64,000 nt of DNA from an uncultured Aliarcobacter sp. (GCA_963677435.1 OY781945.1:2400001-2464000); one strand, 5' to 3'. Positions 18,974-28,945 are shown, counted from the first letter of the stretch. Made by a program: numbers and translations. The notes: a model not told the origin generated them from the sequence alone.

Positions 18974-21559
18974 TTAAATTCTTTTTGTTAGATTTTCATC
19001 TATTTTTTTGATATCTAAAACCATAGCAACCTTTGGAATTTCTAAGTCATTTATTTCCACAATACTTTCAACTAAAGTTCCACTTCCTAAGAAATGATTT
19101 TGAATATGTTGAATAGATTTTTCTTCAACAACACTAACTGTTTCTAAAGATGAGACTAATATTCCCACACAATGTTCAATATTATCTTTGTCGTATTCAA
19201 CTAAAATAATATTTGTAAGTTTTTCATCTGTAATTTCTTCATTTACAAAATCTCTAATATCTAAAACAGCAACCAATTTATCTTTATGTAAAACCATTCC
19301 TTTAAAATGGTTCTTTTTATCCATATCTATTGATGCTTCTAATTCTTCAATACCAGTTGATTCTATTACATTTTTTGAATTTACTGCTAAGAGTTTTTTT
19401 CCTAAATAGAATGTTGCTAACTCTACACTTGTTGCAGTATATTTAGATTTTGAAGTAGATAAAAATTTAGATTTTGAACTATTTAAAAATACATTACACT
19501 CTTTTTTCCCAATATAAATAAATACAAAACATAAAACATCATTTTTATAATCATCAACCCTACTTTTGTACTCTCGATAACCATTTGAACACTTAACTCC
19601 AACCGCATAATAATCATTATCTAATTCAATTATTTGACTTGTTTGTTGAGCATTTTTTAAAGTAAAAAATTTATCATCTAGATTTAAATAACTATCTACT
19701 TGAAAACTACTATTTGTTGATGAAATAATCTGTTTATTTTTATTTGCAAAAATTGCAAAAACACCTGATATTTTATTTCCATCTATATCTTTTGGTAAAC
19801 TTTCATCAAGCATGGCATTAAATTGAGGAGTTGAATCAAATACAACAGCGATTCCACCTGTGATTATCTTTTCATCTTTTAGGGATCTTATTGCACTACT
19901 ATAAATATATGTTGATTCATTTTCATAAAGTGGTGATTTCTCAAATTTTGAAACACTATATTTTGAAGTATCATTTAATCTTAAAGATTTTTCAACCCAA
20001 TCTTGAGTTAGAACTTTTCCGATTAGATATTCATAATTTCTATTTGATACTGCAACCACTTTTCCATTTTTATCATAAACTAAGATATTTGTATAAACTG
20101 TATATAATCCATTTATATAATGTAAAATACTGCTGATTTCATCTTTTTTATCATTTAAACTCTCATAATCATCAAATGCTTCTTTAAAATATGATGTTAA
20201 AGCCCACCATCTACAATCATTTGCTCTTTCATATAAATTTCTATCCATAATATCAATAGAAAGAGAAGATAAAAATTCACTATCTTTTAAAATTGAAGTT
20301 ATTATTGTTTGATTCAAATTACTCAAAGATGAATTTGCTTTATTTCCAGTTACTCCAATTTCATTTAAAAGAGATTTAGAAAATTCTCTATTTACTGAAT
20401 TTAGTTTACTTTGAGCAATATTTCCATTCCAAATTACACGAGCTAGATTATCTTGAATTGTTTTACTTCTATAAAAAACTTCCTTTAACTCTTTTGAAAA
20501 ATGTTGTTCATTATCCATCATAGAATTTATTACATTATAATCTACATCTATACTATTAAGTTCATCACTCAAAAAAGCATAATCTAAAGGAATCATTATA
20601 TGTCCATACCATTTAAGTCCATAAAATCCTTGATAACCATTTGTTTTACAAGTTTTTGCTAAATAATCTCTACCAGCAAAAGAGACAATTTTATAATTTT
20701 CATTTAAAACTATTGGTAATTTTACTCCTAAATTTATATGATCTTTATCACTAGACGCAATTACAAAACCATCTTCATCTAAAATAGTTAAACACTCTTT
20801 ATTTTTTACATCAACTAAATTATTAAAAATTCCATTCATCTCATCTGTAAATCTAAAACAAAGAGATAAAACTCCTAAAGTATCTGAATTTGAATCATTA
20901 GTTTTTGTAACTTTATATGAATAAACAAGTGATTTTTTATATTGAGGAATAAAATCATGATATTTATATGTTTCAACAAAATCTTCATTAGAGTTAAGAA
21001 CTTTTTGAATAAACGATAAATCAACTTTTTCAGTTTTTATATCATCATTTAATCGTACTAGCACTTTTCCATGAGTATCAAGTAAAACAATATCAAAATA
21101 AACGGAGTATTTTGATATATATTCTTTAAATCTTTTTTGCATATTTTGTCGTAAAATCAAACTATCATCATTATATTTTGAAACATAAGTTTGAATAAAA
21201 GCTCTCACATCATCATCTGTTGCCAAAAATCCAATATCAGCTGTTCTTTCAAAGAGATTTCTAATTAGAATATCAATAGTTACACTTGCTTTAAACTTCA
21301 TTTCTTGAGTAACTTTTTTAATTTGTTGTTCACTTAAATGATTTAAAAGAGTAGAAGTTAAATTTAAAAAATTCTCTTTAGTTTTTCCAATATCAATATT
21401 TATGTCTCCTAATTGTCCCAAAAGAGCTAACATATCCCAAGAAGAACTTAATCTTCCTAACTCATCTTTATATTTATCCACATCTTCAATATATTTGATA
21501 ATTGGATATATCTCTTTTTTTACAGCAATACCTTTATAATTAATATTATCATTTGACAT
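18974..21559 (-). CDS. Soluble tandem Cache-like sensor protein with C-terminal CheW domain
   Basis: Internal duplication (RNLFERTADIGFLA / RNLYERANDCRWWA), no TM, CheW-like C-terminus (ATFYLG...GMV...VAVLD...GILVSSL...MVLDI). Confidence 0.75.
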   Translation of the reverse strand: MSNDNINYKGIAVKKEIYPIIKYIEDVDKYKDELGRLSSSWDMLALLGQLGDINIDIGKTKENFLNLTSTLLNHLSEQQIKKVTQEMKFKASVTIDILIRNLFERTADIGFLATDDDVRAFIQTYVSKYNDDSLILRQNMQKRFKEYISKYSVYFDIVLLDTHGKVLVRLNDDIKTEKVDLSFIQKVLNSNEDFVETYKYHDFIPQYKKSLVYSYKVTKTNDSNSDTLGVLSLCFRFTDEMNGIFNNLVDVKNKECLTILDEDGFVIASSDKDHINLGVKLPIVLNENYKIVSFAGRDYLAKTCKTNGYQGFYGLKWYGHIMIPLDYAFLSDELNSIDVDYNVINSMMDNEQHFSKELKEVFYRSKTIQDNLARVIWNGNIAQSKLNSVNREFSKSLLNEIGVTGNKANSSLSNLNQTIITSILKDSEFLSSLSIDIMDRNLYERANDCRWWALTSYFKEAFDDYESLNDKKDEISSILHYINGLYTVYTNILVYDKNGKVVAVSNRNYEYLIGKVLTQDWVEKSLRLNDTSKYSVSKFEKSPLYENESTYIYSSAIRSLKDEKIITGGIAVVFDSTPQFNAMLDESLPKDIDGNKISGVFAIFANKNKQIISSTNSSFQVDSYLNLDDKFFTLKNAQQTSQIIELDNDYYAVGVKCSNGYREYKSRVDDYKNDVLCFVFIYIGKKECNVFLNSSKSKFLSTSKSKYTATSVELATFYLGKKLLAVNSKNVIESTGIEELEASIDMDKKNHFKGMVLHKDKLVAVLDIRDFVNEEITDEKLTNIILVEYDKDNIEHCVGILVSSLETVSVVEEKSIQHIQNHFLGSGTLVESIVEINDLEIPKVAMVLDIKKIDENLTKRI

Positions 21560-21669
21560 AAGTATTATTCCTATATTGATTGTTTTAGAATGATTATATA
21601 TTATTAATATTTTTAAATCTATATACAGTTGTATATATAATATACTTTTTTAGAAAATAATTTTAGTTT

Positions 21670-22455
21670 TTAGTTTTTATTTGAGATATTTAATGCAAGT
21701 TCATAAAGATTAGTTTGCCATTTATCATTGAATATATCATTCTCAATAGCTTTTATGTTTAGATTATTAGTTAATGAAATTATAAAGTCTTGATTAACAT
21801 CATCTGAAGATAATAATTTATTTATATTTTTTTCTTTAGAGAATTCTATTAATTGAGGTATTTCTGAAATATTTAAATATCTTTTGTCTCTGCGTATTGT
21901 ATTAATGATAAATCTTTTTGCAAAATATTCCCAATAATCATCAAAAACATAAATATTTTGGACTTCACATTTATCAAGTTTTTCTTTTATTTTTAAAAAA
22001 GTTTGGTCAATTTCATCAAGAAATTTTTCATAATTTTCTTTATAATAAATTTCTTTACTTTTATCATATTTTACAAATGTATCATACAAATTTTTTGCAA
22101 TAATTCGTAGATTTAAAGGATCAGTCCAGATATATGGATTATTATCTATTTTTTTTACATTTAAAGACAAATCAACAATTATTAAATTAGGATTTTGTTT
22201 CAATAAAATTTCTGCATATTTTTTTTCAACATCTAAGCCTAAATAAAAGAATATTTTTGCATTTGATAATCTTGAAATTTCTGATTTTGGTAATTGTATA
22301 TAAGTGTCTGAGTATTTTCTTGAAATTTCTCTTATCTTAACTTCATTTTTTGCTATTTTATTTATTAGATAAGTTTCCAAAGGGAAATAAGTAAGTGTGT
22401 AAGTTTTTGAAAAAACAAAAAGTGGAAAGAAGAATATAAAAAATATTTTTATCAT
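21670..22455 (-). CDS. ZnuA/TroA-like (cluster A-I) substrate-binding protein, atypical
   Basis: Signal peptide; AKIFFYLGLDVE, NPYIWTDP, YYKENYEKF, WEYFAKRF spacing matches the family, but the protein has no His. Confidence 0.72.
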   Translation of the reverse strand: MIKIFFIFFFPLFVFSKTYTLTYFPLETYLINKIAKNEVKIREISRKYSDTYIQLPKSEISRLSNAKIFFYLGLDVEKKYAEILLKQNPNLIIVDLSLNVKKIDNNPYIWTDPLNLRIIAKNLYDTFVKYDKSKEIYYKENYEKFLDEIDQTFLKIKEKLDKCEVQNIYVFDDYWEYFAKRFIINTIRRDKRYLNISEIPQLIEFSKEKNINKLLSSDDVNQDFIISLTNNLNIKAIENDIFNDKWQTNLYELALNISNKN

Positions 22456-22487
22456 TTAATTCTTTCCACTAATTTGTTTATTATCAA

Positions 22488-24245
22488 TTATAAATCAGTA
22501 ACTGTTTTTCTTAATCTAATACTTAGCTCTTTTAATTGCTCTTCATCAACACTTGATGGAGCTTGAGTTAATAAACATTGTGCTTTTTGTGTTTTTGGGA
22601 ATGCTATTACATCTCTTATTGAATCAGTTCCAGCTAATAACATAATCATTCTATCAAGTCCTAAAGCAAATCCACCATGAGATGGTGCTCCATATTGAAG
22701 TGCATCAAGTAAGAAACCAAATTTCTCTCTTGCTTCTTCGTCAGAAATTCCCATAAGTTTAAATACTTTTGCTTGAATCTCTTCTTTGTGAATTCTAATT
22801 GAACCACCACCTAGCTCTGTACCATTTAAAACAATATCATAAGCAATTGATTCAATCTCTTCTAAATCATCAACATTATCTAATGATTTTGGCATTGTAA
22901 ATGGATGGTGTAAAGCTTTTGTTCTTCCATCTTCAACTTCAAACATTGGGAAATCAACAACCCATAGGAATTCTAAAGCATCAGCAGGAACAATGTCCAT
23001 TTCAGCTGCTAGGAATAATCTAAATCTTCCCATATAATCCCAAACTACTTTTTTAGCCCCTGCTCCAAAGAATACAACATCACCAACTTCAAGTTCAGTA
23101 ACTTTTACGATTTCTTCTAAATCAGCTTCTGAGAAGAATTTAGTTAATGGACCTTTTAATCCATCTTCTTTCATTTGGAAGTAACCTAAACCTTTAGCTC
23201 CAAATTTTCTTACATAATCTTCAAAACCTTTCATTTGTCTTTTAGAGAAGATGTTATCTCCATTTTTACATTTTAAAGCTTTGATTCTATTGTTCTTTTT
23301 ATCTTTTGCAATTTCTGCAAAAATTTCATTTGTTGAGTTTGCAAAAATATCAATAACATCAACAAGTGGCATATCAATTCTTAAATCAGGTTTGTCTGAA
23401 CCATATTTTTCCATAGCTTCTGAGTATTTCATTCTTCTAAATGTTGAAGGAATTGTTTTCCCACATTTTGTAAATACATCATAAATTAATCTCTCAGCAA
23501 CTTTTATAACATCTTCTTGTTCACAAAATGACATTTCAACATCTATTTGAGTAAATTCAGGTTGTCTATCTGCTCTTAAATCTTCATCTCTGAAACATTT
23601 TGCAATTTGAAAATATTTATCAAATCCCGCAACCATTAAAAGTTGTTTAAATAATTGAGGAGATTGTGGTAATGCATAAAACTCACCTGGATGAACTCTT
23701 GATGGAACTAAATAATCTCTAGCACCTTCTGGAGTTGATTTTGTTAATATTGGAGTTTCAACATCTAAAAATCCTAATTCATCTAAAGTATTTCTAACTT
23801 GAATAGTTGCTTTACTTCTTAATTGGAAAATTTCAAATGATTTTCTTGATCTTAACTCTAAAAATCTATTTCTTAATTTGATTTCATCATTAACTTTTTC
23901 ATCATTAATATCAAATGGCATTGGTTTTGATCTATTTTCAATTACTAAATCTTTTAATACAATTTCGATTTTCCCAGTTTTTAGATTTGGATTTTCAAGT
24001 CCTTCACCTCTTGCTCTTACAAGTCCAGTTGCAATTAAAACATATTCATCTCTTACAGTTTCTGCAATTGCTAACGCATCTTTACTATCACTTGGATCTG
24101 CTACTAGTTGAACTAATCCACTTTTATCTCTTAAATCTATAAATATAATTCCACCGTGGTCTCTTCTACTGTTTACCCAACCAGCAACAGTTACAGTTTC
24201 ACCAATTTTTGCTTCAGTTACATCTGTACAATAATGTGTTCTCAA
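22488..24245 (-). CDS. aspS: Aspartate-tRNA ligase
   Basis: [39 protein letters not shown]; likely TTG start at 24245 with SD GGAG. Confidence 0.97.
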   Translation of the reverse strand: MRTHYCTDVTEAKIGETVTVAGWVNSRRDHGGIIFIDLRDKSGLVQLVADPSDSKDALAIAETVRDEYVLIATGLVRARGEGLENPNLKTGKIEIVLKDLVIENRSKPMPFDINDEKVNDEIKLRNRFLELRSRKSFEIFQLRSKATIQVRNTLDELGFLDVETPILTKSTPEGARDYLVPSRVHPGEFYALPQSPQLFKQLLMVAGFDKYFQIAKCFRDEDLRADRQPEFTQIDVEMSFCEQEDVIKVAERLIYDVFTKCGKTIPSTFRRMKYSEAMEKYGSDKPDLRIDMPLVDVIDIFANSTNEIFAEIAKDKKNNRIKALKCKNGDNIFSKRQMKGFEDYVRKFGAKGLGYFQMKEDGLKGPLTKFFSEADLEEIVKVTELEVGDVVFFGAGAKKVVWDYMGRFRLFLAAEMDIVPADALEFLWVVDFPMFEVEDGRTKALHHPFTMPKSLDNVDDLEEIESIAYDIVLNGTELGGGSIRIHKEEIQAKVFKLMGISDEEAREKFGFLLDALQYGAPSHGGFALGLDRMIMLLAGTDSIRDVIAFPKTQKAQCLLTQAPSSVDEEQLKELSIRLRKTVTDL

Positions 24246-24288
24246 TTCTAACTCCATTTCTATAAATATTCGCGATTTTATCTAAATT

Positions 24289-25506
24289 TTACTTAATTTC
24301 TAAAAAGCCATACTCAGTACTTTTAAATAGTCTTGGAGTATAGATTGCTTGATTATTTTCAATTTTTGTAGGAACTAAACTTGAGTTTTGTCCATAATAT
24401 AAATAATTTATACCAACAAGAGTCGAATAATCAACCCATTCGTATACAATATTTCCACCTAAATTTGCAATATCATCCCTTAACTCTTTATCAACAACAT
24501 CAATTGAATTGGCCACAATTAACCTATCTCTATCTTTATCTTGTGTTAATGTCATTAATAAAGGGTCGTAATTTAGTTGTGTTGAAAAAACAACTTTTGG
24601 GTAAATATCATAAGATCTTAATTGTGATAAAATTAATGATGTTTTTACAATGTCAGTATTTAAAAATAGTGTTGAATTTCTTAATCTTGAATCAGTTACG
24701 ATATTTCTAAAATTTCTTTCATTTTTATCTATTTCTCTTTTTAATCTTGTATCATAAACTAAAGCATCATAAGTTCTTTTCAATTTAGAACTCAAATATG
24801 TATTTTGATAGAACATTACATTGTTTTCATTTGAATATTGCATTAATTTTTTAATTTGATCATCATAAGAGATTGAACCAAAAATTAAACTTTCATTATT
24901 TGAAGCAATATCACTTTTCTCAATTAGTGGTAAATAAACTTTTAAATCATTTGAAACTACTGTATTTAAAGTATTAACTGCACTTGGAGTAAATAGTGCT
25001 ATAACATTTGTAATATTTGCATCTTTTACTTTTTGGAATGCGTTACTAATTCTATCCATATTTTCATTTTCAGTGTCAATAACAACAAGATCATAATCAG
25101 CATTTTGATGTGATAAATACCCAGAGATGGTATTTATCGACGATTTTGCATATTTTGAAACTAATGATGATGGATAAATGAATGCAACTTTCATTTTAAC
25201 CTTAGTAGTATCAATTTGAATTTGATTTTCACTAGAACCAGGAGTTGTACTTTGGTTCTCAATTTTATCACCTTCAATAATTGGAGCTACTTCATATTGA
25301 ACTGGTTTATCTTTACCATTTGATTCAATAATATCCATTGGTTCAAGTTCTTGAACAACTGTTTTTTTATCTTCCTCGACAATATCTTTTTTTGCTGGTT
25401 GTGCAACCATTTTATGGTTACCTGGCATTTTTAATTGTACAGTTTGTTTTGGAGTACAACCAAAAAATAGAAATATAAGTACCATTAGGGCAATTATTTG
25501 CTTCAA
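24289..25506 (-). CDS. Hypothetical lipoprotein with periplasmic-binding-protein-like C-terminal region
   Basis: Lipobox LFFGC, low-complexity linker, alpha/beta domain starting KVAFIYP. Confidence 0.65.
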   Translation of the reverse strand: MKQIIALMVLIFLFFGCTPKQTVQLKMPGNHKMVAQPAKKDIVEEDKKTVVQELEPMDIIESNGKDKPVQYEVAPIIEGDKIENQSTTPGSSENQIQIDTTKVKMKVAFIYPSSLVSKYAKSSINTISGYLSHQNADYDLVVIDTENENMDRISNAFQKVKDANITNVIALFTPSAVNTLNTVVSNDLKVYLPLIEKSDIASNNESLIFGSISYDDQIKKLMQYSNENNVMFYQNTYLSSKLKRTYDALVYDTRLKREIDKNERNFRNIVTDSRLRNSTLFLNTDIVKTSLILSQLRSYDIYPKVVFSTQLNYDPLLMTLTQDKDRDRLIVANSIDVVDKELRDDIANLGGNIVYEWVDYSTLVGINYLYYGQNSSLVPTKIENNQAIYTPRLFKSTEYGFLEIK

Positions 25507-26171
25507 TTTAAACTCTCCATGTAATTTTTTATTTTTAGCATATCATAATATGCATCTTTTTTAAAAGAGGGATTCCTTAATAAAAAAGTTGGTGAATATG
25601 TAGTAATTAACGGAATAGTGTTAAATACTAATTCTTTTCCTCTAATCTGAGAAAAATTATCACTATTTTTTAATAAGTACGAATAAGTTTTTTCTCCAAG
25701 CGCAACAATCAATTTGGGTTTTATCAACTCAATTTGTTTTAGCAAATAATCATGACATGTATCAACAATTGTGTTATTTAAACCATTTAAGCTTTTGCAT
25801 TTAACTAAAGTTGTGAAATAAATATCCTCTTTAGTTACATTTAAAACATTTTCAATCATTTTAATAAGTAATTCACCACTTTTTCCAACATAGTGTAAAC
25901 CTAATTCATCTTCACTATTACTTGGCTCATCACCTATAAACATAACATCAGAATTAATATTACCATAACCAAATAAGACATTTTTTCGGCATTTTGAAAG
26001 TTCACATAAATAACAGTGACTAACACTAATACCTAAATCGCTCATATTATTAGGTAATTTTACATTCTTAATGTTACTTGAAAAGAAATCTAAATGTTCA
26101 TGATACTCATAACCAAATGATTTTAAATAATTTAAATGTTTTAACACACGATTTTTTACTAATTTTGTCAT
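25503..26171 (-). CDS. Uracil-DNA glycosylase family 4-like Fe-S protein
   Basis: CYLC, FIGDEP, YVGKSGELL, LVKC, KPKLIVALG, SPTFLLRNP. Confidence 0.85.
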   Translation of the reverse strand: MTKLVKNRVLKHLNYLKSFGYEYHEHLDFFSSNIKNVKLPNNMSDLGISVSHCYLCELSKCRKNVLFGYGNINSDVMFIGDEPSNSEDELGLHYVGKSGELLIKMIENVLNVTKEDIYFTTLVKCKSLNGLNNTIVDTCHDYLLKQIELIKPKLIVALGEKTYSYLLKNSDNFSQIRGKELVFNTIPLITTYSPTFLLRNPSFKKDAYYDMLKIKNYMESLN

Positions 26172-26176
26172 GTGAA

Positions 26177-26182
26177 ATTGTA
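26177..26182 (-). promoter_or_regulatory. Putative -10 box (TACAAT) 5 nt before the UDG ATG (leaderless)
   Basis: Minus strand ATG-TACAAT-TTCAC-ATG; no SD. Confidence 0.55.
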
Positions 26183-26241
26183 CATAAATCTTTCTTGAAC
26201 AATTATTTGTTCCAATTATTATAACAAAATTACAATTTTAC

Positions 26242-26270
26242 TTGACTTTTGTTCCAATATTTTATAAAAT
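26242..26270 (+). promoter_or_regulatory. Sigma70-type promoter of the small HTH gene
   Basis: TTGACT (26242-26247), 17 nt, TAAAAT (26265-26270). Confidence 0.65.
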
Positions 26271-26298
26271 ATCAGCATTGTTTAGAATAGGAAATAAA

Positions 26299-26511
26299 AT
26301 GACTGCACCTAGTTTAAGAAAACTAGAATTTGATTTAGATGTAAATAAAACAACTTTGCATAATTGGAAAAAGAATAGACCTAAACTTTATGATTTTATT
26401 ATTGAATCTTATAAAGATAGGGAAATTTTAAAAAAACATTTAGCATTATTAATTGAACAAAAAGAATTAATTGAAAAAGAGATTGATATAACGAAAAATA
26501 GAATTAATTAG
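26299..26511 (+). CDS. Small putative HTH/coiled-coil protein (70 aa)
   Basis: ATG at 26299 with SD AGGA; SLRKLEFDLDVNKTTLHNWKK fits a helix-turn-helix. Confidence 0.75.
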   Translation: MTAPSLRKLEFDLDVNKTTLHNWKKNRPKLYDFIIESYKDREILKKHLALLIEQKELIEKEIDITKNRIN

Positions 26512-26598
26512 TATGCAAAGTTATGGAGCTAAATGTGTAGTACAACTTTTTTAAAGTGTGCGAAGTATTATATGTTTGAGCTTCATAGTTTTTTATAT
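26511..26598 (+). ncRNA. Candidate structured RNA (long G-U-rich hairpin) in a 3' UTR
   Basis: 26517-26543 pairs with 26565-26592 (about 27 bp, one bulge, seven G-U pairs) on the + strand only. Confidence 0.45.
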
Positions 26599-26639
26599 TT
26601 AAAAGTTTTAAATGAAAGTTTTTAAATTTGTTTGAAGAA

Positions 26640-26665
26640 TAAATAAGGAAAAAATTCCTTATTTA
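26640..26665 (-). terminator. Hairpin downstream of infA, probable end of the S10-spc transcript
   Basis: TAAATAAGGAA-AAAA-TTCCTTATTTA inverted repeat. Confidence 0.65.
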
Positions 26666-26682
26666 ATTTAGTATAAATATTA

Positions 26683-26901
26683 CTATTTATATCTGTGAGT
26701 GATTCTACCTTTATCTAACGAATAAGGTGTTATTTCTACCTTTACAGTATCATTTGGTAAAATTTTAATATAGTGCATTCTCATTTTTCCAGAGATATGA
26801 CATAAAACTACATGTCCATTATCCAATTCAACTCTAAACATAGCATTTGGTAAAGCTTCAATTACTTTCCCATCAATTACTATTACATCATCTTTTGCCA
26901 C
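26683..26901 (-). CDS. infA: Translation initiation factor IF-1
   Basis: [28 protein letters not shown]. Confidence 0.98.
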   Translation of the reverse strand: MAKDDVIVIDGKVIEALPNAMFRVELDNGHVVLCHISGKMRMHYIKILPNDTVKVEITPYSLDKGRITHRYK

Positions 26902-26913
26902 TTTTTATCTCCC

Positions 26914-27678
26914 TTAATTTTCCGAATTACTTAAAATAACTGCTTTTCCATTAATCACAGCAACTGTGTGTTCATAATGACTACCTCGTAGTCCATCAGC
27001 TGACACAACGTCCCAACCATTTTCCAAAATAACAGGATTCCTGTCTTTTGAACAAATCATAGGTTCAATACAAAATACCATTCCATTTTTGATTTTTGGA
27101 CCAGATTTAGTATTTCCATTTTCTAAGTAATTAGGAATTTCTGGTTCTTCATGAGGTTTTCGACCGATACCATGCCCACAAAATCTAACAAGTGGTTGAT
27201 ATCCTCTTGACACAATAAAATCTTCGATAGCTTTTGATAACTCTTTAAATCGCATACCTTCATGAATAATATCAATAGCGTAATATAAAGAATCTTTTGA
27301 ACAAGCAATTAAATCTTCATCAGCTTTTGAAATTTTTCCAATAGGCATAGTAATAGCAGAATCACCATACCAACCATCTATTTCTGTACCAATGTCAAGA
27401 CCAAGGATATCGCCTTCTTTTAGGACAACATCACTTGGAATTCCATGGATAATAACCTCATTTAAAGAAGTACAAACAGCAGCTGGGAAACCATATAAGC
27501 CTTTGAATGAAGGTCTAGCTCCTAAATCTCTTATGAACTTTTCCCCCATTGCATCGACTTCTTTTAAAGTCATACCAGCTTTAACTGATTTACTTAAAAA
27601 GTTTAATGTTTTCGCAACTACAATATTTGCAGTTCGAAGTTTTTCTATTTCGTTTGGTTTTCTTAATGGGATTGCCAT
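26914..27678 (-). CDS. map: Methionine aminopeptidase type I
   Basis: HGIP, GDSAIT, GHGIG..HEEP, IEPM, HYEHT. Confidence 0.97.
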   Translation of the reverse strand: MAIPLRKPNEIEKLRTANIVVAKTLNFLSKSVKAGMTLKEVDAMGEKFIRDLGARPSFKGLYGFPAAVCTSLNEVIIHGIPSDVVLKEGDILGLDIGTEIDGWYGDSAITMPIGKISKADEDLIACSKDSLYYAIDIIHEGMRFKELSKAIEDFIVSRGYQPLVRFCGHGIGRKPHEEPEIPNYLENGNTKSGPKIKNGMVFCIEPMICSKDRNPVILENGWDVVSADGLRGSHYEHTVAVINGKAVILSNSEN

Positions 27679-27680
27679 TT

Positions 27681-28943
27681 TTATAATCCAACCGCACTTA
27701 GTGTTTGATATTTATTCATATATTGTTGAGCTTCAATTTTTCTCATAGTATCAATAGCAACTTGTACAACAATTAGTACAGCAACACCTCCAAAATAGAA
27801 AGGTACCCCCATAGCTTTTACAATAAGCCAAGGTAAAGTTGAAATTAATCCCATGTAAATCGCACCCCAAAAAGTTAATCTACCAGCTACTTCATTTAAA
27901 AACTCAGCTGTACTCGCTCCTGGTCTTACACCTGGAATAAAGCCACCTTGTTTTTTTAAGTTTTCAGAAATATCTTTTGCATTAAAAGTAATTGATGCAT
28001 AAAAGAATGCAAAGAAAACTACAAATAAGAACATAAATAAATTAAAAGTATATGAAGTAGGACTTAAATAATCAGCAATCATAACTAAATATTTATTTTG
28101 ACTTCCATGTAACACAGTTGCAGGGAACATTAAAATAGCACTAGCAAAAATTGCAGGAATTACTCCACTTAAATTCACTTTAATAGGAATATAATTCATA
28201 ACTCTTTTTTTCTGATTTTCCATCATTACTTTTCTAGAATAAGAAACAGGAACTCTTCTTTCACCTAATTCAACATAAATAATTGCACCAACAGTTGCCA
28301 TAATAATAACTAATATTGCAATTACAGTTAAGAAATTCATTTGTCCATTATTAACTAACTCAACAGTTCCACCAATTGCATGAGGAATTGCAGAAACAAT
28401 ACCAGCAAAAATAATTAATGAGATACCATTTCCAATACCTTTTTGTGTGATTTGTTCACCAATCCACATTAAAAGCATAGTACCAGTTAACATTGAAATT
28501 GCAGAAACAGCAATAAATGTATTCATATCGATTGAAATAGCACTTTGTCCACTATGACCAGTTAATGAATTAAGACCAACTGAAACACCAATAGATTGAA
28601 TTAATGTAATAACAATTGTTGTATATCTGATGATTTGCATATATTTTTGCATTCCATCTCTTTCTTTTTTCATTTTACCAAGAGCTGGAAAAGTTGCTGC
28701 TAGAAGCTCCATAATAATTGAAGCAGTAATGTAAGGCATAATTCCTAGTGAAATAATACTTAATCTTGAAACAGCATTACCACTAAACATATTAACAAGA
28801 CCTAATGCATTATTTGCATTTGAGTCGAAAAATTCTTTAACTACGTCAATATTAACTCCAGGTACTGGCACGTATGCCAGTAATCTGTAAAGGAAAATAA
28901 AGCCTAATGTAATAAGAATCTTATTTATTAGATCTTTACTCAT
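27681..28943 (-). CDS. secY: Preprotein translocase SecY
   Basis: SLGIMPYITASII, GIGNGISLIIF, FIPGVRPG. Confidence 0.98.
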   Translation of the reverse strand: MSKDLINKILITLGFIFLYRLLAYVPVPGVNIDVVKEFFDSNANNALGLVNMFSGNAVSRLSIISLGIMPYITASIIMELLAATFPALGKMKKERDGMQKYMQIIRYTTIVITLIQSIGVSVGLNSLTGHSGQSAISIDMNTFIAVSAISMLTGTMLLMWIGEQITQKGIGNGISLIIFAGIVSAIPHAIGGTVELVNNGQMNFLTVIAILVIIMATVGAIIYVELGERRVPVSYSRKVMMENQKKRVMNYIPIKVNLSGVIPAIFASAILMFPATVLHGSQNKYLVMIADYLSPTSYTFNLFMFLFVVFFAFFYASITFNAKDISENLKKQGGFIPGVRPGASTAEFLNEVAGRLTFWGAIYMGLISTLPWLIVKAMGVPFYFGGVAVLIVVQVAIDTMRKIEAQQYMNKYQTLSAVGL

Positions 28944-28945
28944 GG

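Noticed and set aside
26512..26682. rpmJ (L36), SRP RNA or a toxin peptide downstream of infA
   Set aside because: No MKVR..C ORF and no SRP GGAA-loop motif; the short ORFs checked are 13 codons or fewer and show no toxin-like features
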